Position numbers and translations under genes: made by a program. From the NCBI GenBank assembly GCA_014238945.1, contig JABAAB010000100.1, forward strand, positions 13,612 through 77,611: a stretch of DNA of 64,000 nt. The letters run 5' to 3'. Below the pieces are notes generated by a model. It did not search any database. It saw only the letters and a program-made list of their open reading frames with translations, and had not been told where the DNA came from. Positions within the stretch are counted from its first letter, which is position 1; every line of letters starts with the position of its first letter. The DNA comes from Lysobacterales bacterium (lineage in GTDB: Bacteria > Pseudomonadota > Gammaproteobacteria > Xanthomonadales > SZUA-36). This document shows positions 13,540-22,055 of the stretch, piece by piece.

Positions 13540-15354
13540 ATGCAAACAACAGCACCACAAAACGACCGGATTGCATTTGACCTGTGTAAGGCTTATCCGA
13601 TGGGGGGTGGCAGGTTGCTGCTACACAACACCCGAAACGGTCAGAGAGCCGTAGTCACCCGCGAAGTTTACTCGACCCTGCTCGCCTGTGTTGAGTTCCG
13701 AACACTGGATCAACACGTGGTGCGAATTATCCGCATGAATCCCGGCATGCGGGGGCAGGAAGCCGAGATCCAGAAGGTATTGGGAACCATGCTGAATGAC
13801 GGCATCATGATTTCCGCGCAGGGACTCAGCGAGGATCTGAAACGGGGTGGCTCAACCCGCAATATCGAGGAAACCGGTGGTCTGCCTGTTGTTGTTGTCA
13901 TTACCTGGGAGCGCCCGGTAGCGCTGGAACGTCTGCTTGATTCGATAACAGCCAATTGCAACTCCGGGAACTTTCTTGGTTTGTTCGTGGTGGACGATTC
14001 GCGCAACAAGGACAACATTGCACAAAATCAGGCCCTTTCAGATAAGTTCAAGTCGCGGCTGGATTGCCCGGTTCAATATATAGGCCGGTTACAGCAACAG
14101 GATCTGATAGAGAAACTGATCACCCGGCTTCCCGGGGATGAAGAAGCAGTGCGTTTCCTGATTGACCAGCAACGCTGGGACGGGCACTGGACCGCCGGCC
14201 TGTCTCGCAACCTGGCCCTGTTGCTGTCCGGTGGCCATCGTCTGGTGATGATTGACGATGATGCCGTGTGTGATGTTTATCACCCGGCCCAACGATCACC
14301 AGACATCCATTTTTCCGATCACCCCAGGGACGCTGATTTTTTCAGTAACGAACAGGACTGGTCTTCATTTCGTGCACCAACAGAGCACGACCCGGTAGAG
14401 CGACATATGCAGTGCCTGGGCTTAACGTTTTCAGAGGCACTTGAAGTATTGGGTAAAGAAAACCTGGGTGCAGGCGGATTCGACAATGCAACCGCCCTGA
14501 TCAGTAGTGAGTTAAGTGTGGAATCCAGGGTGCTGATGACCGAATGCGGTTCACTGGGTTGTCCCGGCACCAGTAATAATACCTGGCTGCCAGATATGTC
14601 GCGTACCTCGCTCCTGCGTATGCTGGACTCGAAGGAAAAGACACACAATGCATTGTACCGGCGCATGGTGTGGAGCGGTCGCAGGCAGCCGCATTTTGCA
14701 CCGCGACCGAACATGTCCCAGATTACAGGCTTTGACAACCGCCGGTTGCTGCCACCTTATCTGCCCATACTTCGTGGTCAGGACCGCCTGTTCGGTCTGA
14801 TGCTGGACTTTATCTTCCCACATGGATTGACCCTGGATTACCCGTGGGCCATCCCCCACTTGCCGGTTCCTGAACGTCAGTGGCAGGAAAAAGACCGCGA
14901 TTTTACACCAGGCAATTCGTTTCCCCTGTTTTTCTTTGAACACTTGCTGGAACACAAATCTGCCTGTCTGGCAAACGGCCCAGACAGTCGGTTGGTGTCC
15001 CTGGCCGCCTGGTTCGATGACTTGTCCACCGCCAGTACCACCACGCTGACAGCAATGCACCGCGACACCGTGTTGCGCAACAGTACCGATGTTTTACAGC
15101 ATCTTGCTGGTTTGCATGCCGCGTCAGAATCCGCACCCTCCGAGTGGCAGAACTACCTGACCAATGGCATGGCCCAGATCAACACGGGGCTAGACCTTGT
15201 CAGCCGCAAAGACTTTAGATTGCGGGGCTTTCCGGAATTTCTCGAAGGGCCCGACCTTGTGTCATTCTGGAAGAATACCTGGGGTGGATATGCGACAGCA
15301 ATGCGGGCATGGCCCAGAATCCGCCGGGCGGCAGCCGAGATACATGAAAACTGA
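13540..15354 (+). CDS. Hypothetical multidomain protein: PqqD/RRE-like N-domain, GT-A-type glycosyltransferase-like core and an unknown C-domain
   Basis: 604 aa from the ATG at 13540; the ORF-track start at 13537 is TTG. GT-A-like strand/DxD pattern: PVVVVITWERPVALERLLDSI, LFVVDDSRNKDN, LVMIDDDAV. The N-terminal roughly 100 aa and C-terminal roughly 330 aa are unassigned. Confidence 0.7.
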   Translation: MQTTAPQNDRIAFDLCKAYPMGGGRLLLHNTRNGQRAVVTREVYSTLLACVEFRTLDQHVVRIIRMNPGMRGQEAEIQKVLGTMLNDGIMISAQGLSEDLKRGGSTRNIEETGGLPVVVVITWERPVALERLLDSITANCNSGNFLGLFVVDDSRNKDNIAQNQALSDKFKSRLDCPVQYIGRLQQQDLIEKLITRLPGDEEAVRFLIDQQRWDGHWTAGLSRNLALLLSGGHRLVMIDDDAVCDVYHPAQRSPDIHFSDHPRDADFFSNEQDWSSFRAPTEHDPVERHMQCLGLTFSEALEVLGKENLGAGGFDNATALISSELSVESRVLMTECGSLGCPGTSNNTWLPDMSRTSLLRMLDSKEKTHNALYRRMVWSGRRQPHFAPRPNMSQITGFDNRRLLPPYLPILRGQDRLFGLMLDFIFPHGLTLDYPWAIPHLPVPERQWQEKDRDFTPGNSFPLFFFEHLLEHKSACLANGPDSRLVSLAAWFDDLSTASTTTLTAMHRDTVLRNSTDVLQHLAGLHAASESAPSEWQNYLTNGMAQINTGLDLVSRKDFRLRGFPEFLEGPDLVSFWKNTWGGYATAMRAWPRIRRAAAEIHEN

Positions 15355-15369
15355 TTCATGGGTGGCGAT

Positions 15370-16371
15370 CTATCTTTGGGCCTGGTTTTCCTGACGTGCC
15401 ACGCTGGGCGCTGATCCTGTCCAGTTCTTGTACGCCCGCGAGAACGAACTGGCCTCGGAAAACCCCAACAGCAAAGAAATCTCGGTAAGGGTCAAACGGT
15501 TATCCAGGATGTATTGCTCGGCAAGGTTTCGTCTCATTTCCACCAGCACAGATCTGAAATTGCTGTCTGCTTTCGCCAGTTTTCGATGCATCGTTCGTAC
15601 CGACATACTCAGGGTTTCGGCTACCGAATCATCACTGACATTACCCAGTGGCAGTTGGTCGACCAACGCCGCCTGTACCCTCGCGACGATATTATTGCGG
15701 TCGATACTTGCCAGTCTGCGTGTAATGACCTGGTCGTTGAGCAAGGCCAACTCCGGGTTGGCGCCGATCAGGACACGATCCGCAATGGACAGCGGAATCA
15801 ACAGCTGGTTATCCGCCTGGTTAAATTTCAACTCGCAAGAAAACAATTCGAAATAGGGCCTTGGATCCCTGGGTTCCGCGTGCCGGAAGTTAACTGCATC
15901 AAGCCGAAACCGGTCTCCACAAATAGAGCGGCTCATTGCCGTCAGCAAGGCGAGACCACTGTCGTCCCGTGCGAATATTGATTCACTGGGATTATCCAGA
16001 ATCAGGCTGACCACCATGTTGGTGCCTTTATCTTCAACACGGACCACGGCCTTGTCATTGATAACCTGGATGAACCGTTCCAACCGCAGACAAGCCCTTC
16101 TTAGGGTCAGGCTGGCGAGCCAGGCATAACCCAATGCACCCAGTTGTGACGGCAAATAACAGGCTGCCGCCCTGATTCCGAAGGCTTCGTCGCCTATCTG
16201 GGTGACCGCCTTCGCCCTGATTCTGTCGATGGTCTCGTAGGCAACCCGCATGCACGGGTCGATGGGTAATTGCACGTGGACATTTTCGGCCTCGAAAAAA
16301 GGCGCTGGATCAACACCGTAGGATTCGATCGAATTCCAGAGATTGATCAGACCCGGTGCAAAGACGGACAT
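15370..16371 (-). CDS. AraC-family transcriptional regulator
   Basis: C-terminal double HTH (VAETLSMSVRTMHRKL ... LGFSEASSFSRAYKNWTGSAPS). Start trimmed to MSVFAPGL at 16371; the 402-aa ORF-track version adds an implausible Cys-rich extension. Confidence 0.8.
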   Translation of the reverse strand: MSVFAPGLINLWNSIESYGVDPAPFFEAENVHVQLPIDPCMRVAYETIDRIRAKAVTQIGDEAFGIRAAACYLPSQLGALGYAWLASLTLRRACLRLERFIQVINDKAVVRVEDKGTNMVVSLILDNPSESIFARDDSGLALLTAMSRSICGDRFRLDAVNFRHAEPRDPRPYFELFSCELKFNQADNQLLIPLSIADRVLIGANPELALLNDQVITRRLASIDRNNIVARVQAALVDQLPLGNVSDDSVAETLSMSVRTMHRKLAKADSNFRSVLVEMRRNLAEQYILDNRLTLTEISLLLGFSEASSFSRAYKNWTGSAPSVARQENQAQR

Positions 16372-16560
16372 TGGGTTATTGCCGGGACTGATGACTGATA
16401 TGCATCGGCTCATTCTCAGGCACCACCCTGTTTCGGTCAACTGCCCCGTAACGGATATCAGACCGGTTTTGGTCAAGTGATTGTCCACGCAGGTCAAGCC
16501 GGGATGCCGTCTCAGCCCTAAAGTACGTCCAATGCAAACACAAAGACAGGCAACACGGCA

Positions 16561-16740
16561 ATGCAGAAACTGGAACACCTGTTACAGGTGGAAGTTGAGT
16601 TCTGGCGACGCATGATCAAGAGCCGGAGAGGAACCGTACCAGCACAAGCATTGGAACGGATGACACACGCACTTGAACTGGCACAGAAAAAACTATTGAT
16701 GATACGTGAAGAGTTGCCGTTTACCGGTACGACACAATGA
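16561..16740 (+). CDS. Small hypothetical helical protein (59 aa)
   Basis: ATG ORF MQKLEHLLQVEVEFWRRMIKSRR... divergent from the AraC gene. No clear SD. It is followed 14 nt later by a second small ORF. Confidence 0.3.
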   Translation: MQKLEHLLQVEVEFWRRMIKSRRGTVPAQALERMTHALELAQKKLLMIREELPFTGTTQ

Positions 16741-16754
16741 ACAGGAGCAGGGAT

Positions 16755-16856
16755 ATGAATCATACGTCGATGAGAAACATCATGAAGGTAATTGTTTTCG
16801 GATCGCTTGCGGCCCTGAATGTCAATGTACTGGTGCTGCTGAACCTGATTTTCTGA
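16755..16856 (+). CDS. Small hydrophobic peptide (33 aa, single TM)
   Basis: AGGAG lies 7 nt upstream of the ATG. Sequence MNHTSMRNIMKVIVFGSLAALNVNVLVLLNLIF. A terminator-like hairpin with a T-run lies 55 nt downstream. Confidence 0.4.
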   Translation: MNHTSMRNIMKVIVFGSLAALNVNVLVLLNLIF

Positions 16857-16910
16857 CCACTACCCTGGTTTTGGGGGACAAGGTGGCAAATGCCCGCCAC
16901 CGCGCTTATA

Positions 16911-16976
16911 CCCCGGGCTTCGATTTATTTCTGGCGATAATCCCCCCCTCGCCCGGAAAGAAGCCCGGGATTTTTT
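16911..16976 (+). terminator. Long-loop hairpin plus T7, terminator-like
   Basis: CCCGGGCTTC (16911-16920) pairs with GAAGCCCGGG (16959-16968), followed by ATTTTTTT. The 38-nt loop is atypical. Confidence 0.45.
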
Positions 16977-17142
16977 TAACTACCTGTGACCCTGCGAGGG
17001 GTCGCCCGTCGCAGACTCATTCGGCGGTGACACGCCAATTGCAATTAAAGTCCCCGGCTCTCTGATTTGGAAGAAAACGTCCTCCTAAACCAACTTTGGG
17101 GGTCGGGGCAACCCCGTGTTCCGGTTTAAAAATCGGTCACGC

Positions 17143-17171
17143 AAAAAAGAGCCCCGGTTTGACCCGGGGCT
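17143..17171 (-). terminator. Rho-independent terminator of thrC
   Basis: Minus strand reads AGCCCCGG-GUCAAA-CCGGGGCU followed by U6, about 130 nt after the thrC stop. Confidence 0.75.
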
Positions 17172-17300
17172 AAATCCTTGATGAAACACCATCCCCCCTG
17201 CTTCTAATAACAGTTGGGACAGCAAAAAGTTGGAATTTATTTTAATCGTCTTTTCAAATCGTGACTCACGCAGAAAAAACGGTTGTGTAGACTGACCTGT

Positions 17301-18584
17301 TCAGGTCAGCAAATATTTTCGTAGCAGCTCAAAATCTGCCGGCATTTCAGTACTCAATATTTCCTTGTCCGCGACTGCCTGTAACTCAACGGGCAGCGGA
17401 ATCCGCCTTTCCAGGGCGTTTTCCAGCGTCTCTCTGAACTTGGCCGGATGCGCGGTACATAAAAACACACCGGTTTCATCACCCTCCAGACCGTCATCCA
17501 GGGCCTTCCAGGCCAATGCACTGTGGGGGTCTGCGAGGTATCCCATGGCATCCAGTGTACGAACCGCGTCGAGGGTCTGGGTGTCGGTAATGGCAAATGA
17601 TGTCAGCAGATCTTTCATAGCCAGGCCATGACGATGTTCCAGCTCCAGCACACGTGGAAAATTATTGGGCAGAGAAATATCCATGGCATTGGTGAGCGTG
17701 GCAACCGTCGGTCGGGGGTCCCATTTGCCAGACCTGAGATACCTGGGCACGGTGTCATTGCGATTGGTGGCGGCGATCATCCTTTTGACCGGCAGACCGA
17801 TGGCATGGGCCAGCAAGCCGGCGGTCACGTTTCCAAAATTACCGCAGGGTACGCTGAATACGGGCACGGTGCCCCCGGGCAATCTCGCCACCGCTTCAAA
17901 GTAATAGCAGGTCTGGGCAAGCAAACGGGCAATATTGATGGAGTTGGCCGAATTCAGTCCCAGTTCTTTCACCAGGCGGGGGTCATCGAATGATTGTTTG
18001 ACCAGCCGCTGGCAGGCGTCGAAATCGTCCTCTATGGCGATGGTGCGTATATTGCCCCCCAGTGTGCAGAACAATTTCTCCTGCAGGGGTGTGACCTTAC
18101 CCTTGGGATACAAAACCACCACGTCAATCCCTGCCTGGGCATAGAAAGACTGGGCGACGGCGGCACCCGTATCTCCAGAGGTTGCGGTCAATATGGTGGT
18201 GCGCCTGCCGGCATTGATCCTGGCCAGGCATTGGGCCATAAAACGCGCGCCAAAATCCTTGAATGCCAGGGATGGACCGTGGAACAGTTCGAGTGCATGG
18301 ACACGACCACCGTCGCCGCTACCCACCCGGGTCAGCTTCACCGGGAAATCAAAAGCCTGCCGGACACAATCATGCAGGCTGTCCTTTGGTAAAGAATTGC
18401 CTGTGAGATACCCCAGAATCTCCGTGCTGCGGCTGATAAAATCCTTTTCCAGCAGCCCCGGAATATTCGCCATCGGCCTCAGATGCTCGGGGAAGAACAG
18501 ACCCTGGCCCCGGCCAAGACCAATAACGACCGCCTGTGCAAAACTGACCGACTGTTCAGGATGGGCGATATTGATGAGTTTCAT
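17301..18584 (-). CDS. thrC: Threonine synthase
   Basis: 427 aa. PLP-lysine region GPSLAFKDFG, TATSGDTGAAVA and overall ThrC layout. Last gene of a thrABC run. Confidence 0.92.
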   Translation of the reverse strand: MKLINIAHPEQSVSFAQAVVIGLGRGQGLFFPEHLRPMANIPGLLEKDFISRSTEILGYLTGNSLPKDSLHDCVRQAFDFPVKLTRVGSGDGGRVHALELFHGPSLAFKDFGARFMAQCLARINAGRRTTILTATSGDTGAAVAQSFYAQAGIDVVVLYPKGKVTPLQEKLFCTLGGNIRTIAIEDDFDACQRLVKQSFDDPRLVKELGLNSANSINIARLLAQTCYYFEAVARLPGGTVPVFSVPCGNFGNVTAGLLAHAIGLPVKRMIAATNRNDTVPRYLRSGKWDPRPTVATLTNAMDISLPNNFPRVLELEHRHGLAMKDLLTSFAITDTQTLDAVRTLDAMGYLADPHSALAWKALDDGLEGDETGVFLCTAHPAKFRETLENALERRIPLPVELQAVADKEILSTEMPADFELLRKYLLT

Positions 18585-18614
18585 CCGCTGGTATTTCCCG
18601 TGTTCATTCCCGCC

Positions 18615-19568
18615 TCAGATTTCCCGGGCACCGGCGAGATCAGCTCTGCAAATGTGTACAAACCCGTTGTCATTCTGAACGTAATTCTGTGTCAACCATT
18701 GCGCCGCGTTGCGGGCAATATGGTTATCATCGACGATACAGAATATGGTCGGACCGGAGCCCGAAATGCCGGTTGCCTGCGCCCCAACGCGACGCAGTTC
18801 TTCACGCGCCACGTCAAACCCCGGTAACAGCACACGGCGGTATGGTTCGGCCAACAGGTCAACCAGGCACTGCGCCGCGGCCGCCGCCTCTCCCTGGTAC
18901 AACTGGTGAACAAACGATGCGAATTGCGCGCCGTGGGCAACCGTTGTTGCGCGAGGGTAGCTCGCTGGTAATGAACCACGGGAGGCACGGGTGTCGAGTC
19001 GGGTTCCAGGCCAGGCTACCACGGTCTGCCAATGACCGGGCCAGGGCAGCGCATACTGGTTGGCACCATCGGGCATACATAAACGCAGACCACCAAACAG
19101 GCTGGGCGCGATATTATCGAGATGTATTTCACCGGAAATACTGCCTTCCATTTCGGCCATTAACTGTATCAGTGCCGGCCCGTCCAACGGGCGTCCAAAA
19201 AACCGGTTCAACGCCACCAGGGCCGCCACGATGGAACTGGCACTGGAGCCAAGACCGCTGCCGATGGGCAGTCTCTTCTCCAGCGTGATGTTCAGCGGGT
19301 GGACCTCGACGCCAACAGTGCGTGCTGCTGTCTCAAAGCGCCGGCAGGAGGAGATGACAATATTCTGTTCCTGGTCCTGTGGCAGGGCGTGTGCGAATGG
19401 CCCGGTGATTTCCAATGACCAGTCATCGGTACGTCCGGGGGTGATACTGACACAATCGCCCAGCAGACTACCATCCACCGGGGTCAGGGCCAGCCCCAGA
19501 GCGTCAAACCCCACCGACACATTTCCAGTAGAGGCTGGTGCATATACGGTCAGTACAGATTCATTCAC
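18615..19568 (-). CDS. thrB: Homoserine kinase
   Basis: 317 aa. GHMP kinase motif PIGSGLGSSASS and N-terminus APASTGNVSVGFDALG. The start overlaps the thrA stop. Confidence 0.92.
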   Translation of the reverse strand: MNESVLTVYAPASTGNVSVGFDALGLALTPVDGSLLGDCVSITPGRTDDWSLEITGPFAHALPQDQEQNIVISSCRRFETAARTVGVEVHPLNITLEKRLPIGSGLGSSASSIVAALVALNRFFGRPLDGPALIQLMAEMEGSISGEIHLDNIAPSLFGGLRLCMPDGANQYALPWPGHWQTVVAWPGTRLDTRASRGSLPASYPRATTVAHGAQFASFVHQLYQGEAAAAAQCLVDLLAEPYRRVLLPGFDVAREELRRVGAQATGISGSGPTIFCIVDDNHIARNAAQWLTQNYVQNDNGFVHICRADLAGAREI

Positions 19569-22015
19569 AGGTCAAGCGGCCTCCAGGCCGTACGTAATAA
19601 ATCCCCGAACACACCTGCTGCGGTTACTTCCGCGCCCGCTCCGTAGCCCCGCAACACCAGCGGAATGGGCTGGTAGTACCGGGTGTGCAATACCAGCGCG
19701 TTTTCTCCGTCGCGAATGGCCCCGAGTGGCTGTTCAGACGGGACTTCATCGATGCATACACTGCAATGTCCGTCTTCGATGCGCCCAACGTATCTCAGAA
19801 CCTTGCCTGCGATTCGGGCTTGCTCAACCCGTCTTGAAAATGCCTCGTCCAGTGGCTGTAAATCATTGATCAGCTGGTCACGCTTGATCCCACCCGCAAA
19901 GGTACTGTCGATAACCGGTTCTACTTCAATATCGGACAACTCCAGCTCCAGGCCAACTTCGCGGGCAACGATCAGCAGTTTACGCGCAACATCCATACCG
20001 GATAGATCGTCTCTCGGGTCCGGCTCGGTAAACCCCAGCTTCATGGCCTTTTCCACCGCCGCAGAAAATGATACATCGTCTTCCAACAGACCAAATATCA
20101 TGGACAACGACCCCGAAAGGATACCGCCGAACGACCTGAGTTCATCACCGGAACGAATCAGGCCCTGCAGGGTGTCGATAACCGGCAAACCCGCACCAAC
20201 ATTGGTCTCATACATGAACTTTCGGAAACAACGTGCTGCCGTGACACGCAGTTCACGGTAATACTCCATGCTTTCGGTGTTGGCTTTCTTGTTGGCTGCA
20301 ACCACGTTGAAGCCGTTGGCCAGAAAGCGCGTGTATTCACCAGCGAGCCCCTCATCCGTAGTGCAATCGATAATGGTCGGATTTAACAGGCCGAGTTGTT
20401 CACGAATGGCGAAAACATCATCAATATTCCAGGGTTTACCCTGTTGTTCCAGGTCCTTGCGCCAGTTTCCCAGGTTGACCCGGTCGTTTCCGACCAGAAT
20501 TCTACGGCTGTTGGCTATGGCACGAACATGCAGGGCGCGGTTGTCCGCGGACAACATGTTTCCTTGCTTCTGGAATTGTTCCAGCAATGCCGCACCCACA
20601 TTGCCGCAGCCCAGCAGGATGACATCCATGTGACTCGTATGACTGAAAAACGCCGTATGACAGGCCCTCAAAGCAGCCTGTGCAGAGCCCTGTTCCACCA
20701 CCACTGCGATGGCACATTCGTTTGCTCCCTGGGCAATGACTTCGACATTGACACGGGCAGTGGAAATAGCGCTCAGAAATCTTGCGGCGATACCACGATA
20801 GTGGTTCATGCCATCACCCACGAGTGTGATCACCGAACGATTGTCGCGCACTTTGATAGCCGTAATCAGGCCATGCAGAACTTCAAAGTGAAAGGTCTCG
20901 GCCAGCGCCGCACGTGCCCGCCGGGCCTCACTGCTGCGTACACACAATGTAATACTGTATTCAGATGAGGACTGTACAATCAGCAACACAGAGATGGACT
21001 GGTTGGCCAGGGCCTCCATGACGCGTCTGGCGACCCCCACACGACCCCGCATTCCGCCACCCTGCAGGGTGATGCTTGCGACGTGATCCAGGTGTGATAT
21101 GCCCCTGACCACGGTTGGCTTGTCGGTATCTGCGTGGATCAGTGTTCCCGGCCTGGAGGGATGATAAGTGTTCCTGATCTCACAGGGAATACCGGCACTC
21201 ATCAAGGGTGTCAGTGCTTTGGCGCTGATGACCTTGGCACCAAAAAATGACAGCTCCATGGCCTCCTCGTAGCTGGCCTCATGCAGGCATTTGGCACTGG
21301 CCACAATTGCAGGATCCGCGCTAAAAAACCCGTCAACATCCTTCCATATCTGGCAACTCCGTGCCCCCAGTGCAGCCGCCACGGCGGCGGCTGAATAATC
21401 GGAGCCATTGCGTCCCATCAATTGCACCCGACCCTCGGCGTTGCGGCCATAGAATCCGGGCAGTACCAGAATGGCGCACTCCCCCTCAAGGGCCTGTTTG
21501 AGTAACGGGGTTGCCGATTTGATATCCACCAGGCTGTCCGTGTAACTGTCGTTTGCAGGCGGCAACACATGGGTGTCTGACCAGCGGGCCTGGTATCCCT
21601 GTGCCCTCAGCAGGCCACTCATCAAACGACTGCTGAACCCTTCACCGCTAGAGAGTATTTCGGCACGCACCCGTGGTGGACATTGCTCCAGCAGCGTCAC
21701 ACCTTCCAGTCGTGATTGCAGATGGTGGTGTTGTTCCTGTAGAAAATCTTTAGCTTGCAAACAATTCATACCCGCGTCGGCGAGTTGTTCAATTGCACCC
21801 CGTTCCCGGTCGTTGATGGTGCCCAGGACCTGTTTGAAGTCCCGGCCCTCTATTGCGGCGTCAATGGCTTGTTCCAGCAAGTCGGTAATGCCATACATCG
21901 CGGACAAAACGACGACCACGGTCTCCTCGTCAGAGGCCTTGCTGATAATTCCGGCGGCCGCCAGGAATCCTTCAACGCTGGCCAGCGAGCTGCCACCATA
22001 TTTGTGAATCAGCAC
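19565..22015 (-). CDS. thrA: Bifunctional aspartokinase / homoserine dehydrogenase
   Basis: 816 aa. Aspartokinase N-terminus (KYGGSSLA), ACT regions and a C-terminal HSDH (ILLGCGNVGAALLEQ). GTG start. Confidence 0.92.
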   Translation of the reverse strand: MLIHKYGGSSLASVEGFLAAAGIISKASDEETVVVVLSAMYGITDLLEQAIDAAIEGRDFKQVLGTINDRERGAIEQLADAGMNCLQAKDFLQEQHHHLQSRLEGVTLLEQCPPRVRAEILSSGEGFSSRLMSGLLRAQGYQARWSDTHVLPPANDSYTDSLVDIKSATPLLKQALEGECAILVLPGFYGRNAEGRVQLMGRNGSDYSAAAVAAALGARSCQIWKDVDGFFSADPAIVASAKCLHEASYEEAMELSFFGAKVISAKALTPLMSAGIPCEIRNTYHPSRPGTLIHADTDKPTVVRGISHLDHVASITLQGGGMRGRVGVARRVMEALANQSISVLLIVQSSSEYSITLCVRSSEARRARAALAETFHFEVLHGLITAIKVRDNRSVITLVGDGMNHYRGIAARFLSAISTARVNVEVIAQGANECAIAVVVEQGSAQAALRACHTAFFSHTSHMDVILLGCGNVGAALLEQFQKQGNMLSADNRALHVRAIANSRRILVGNDRVNLGNWRKDLEQQGKPWNIDDVFAIREQLGLLNPTIIDCTTDEGLAGEYTRFLANGFNVVAANKKANTESMEYYRELRVTAARCFRKFMYETNVGAGLPVIDTLQGLIRSGDELRSFGGILSGSLSMIFGLLEDDVSFSAAVEKAMKLGFTEPDPRDDLSGMDVARKLLIVAREVGLELELSDIEVEPVIDSTFAGGIKRDQLINDLQPLDEAFSRRVEQARIAGKVLRYVGRIEDGHCSVCIDEVPSEQPLGAIRDGENALVLHTRYYQPIPLVLRGYGAGAEVTAAGVFGDLLRTAWRPLDL

Positions 22016-22055
22016 GGGTTGTTACTCAGCTCAGCAAGGTTGTTTCGAGTTACCG

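Noticed and set aside
16372-16578. 69-codon N-terminal extension of the AraC regulator ORF.
   Set aside because: The Cys-rich, atypical sequence precedes the point where AraC-family ligand-domain similarity starts (MSVFAPGLINLW...), and it would overlap the divergent small ORF.
16706-17065. 119-aa plus-strand ORF in the AraC-thrC spacer.
   Set aside because: It overlaps the better-signalled 33-aa ORF in another frame and runs straight through the hairpin/T7 element. It has no SD and its composition is poor.
22016-22055. Searched for a thr leader peptide/attenuator upstream of thrA.
   Set aside because: The asnB-thrA spacer is only 40 nt and has no ORF, Thr/Ile codon run or hairpin.
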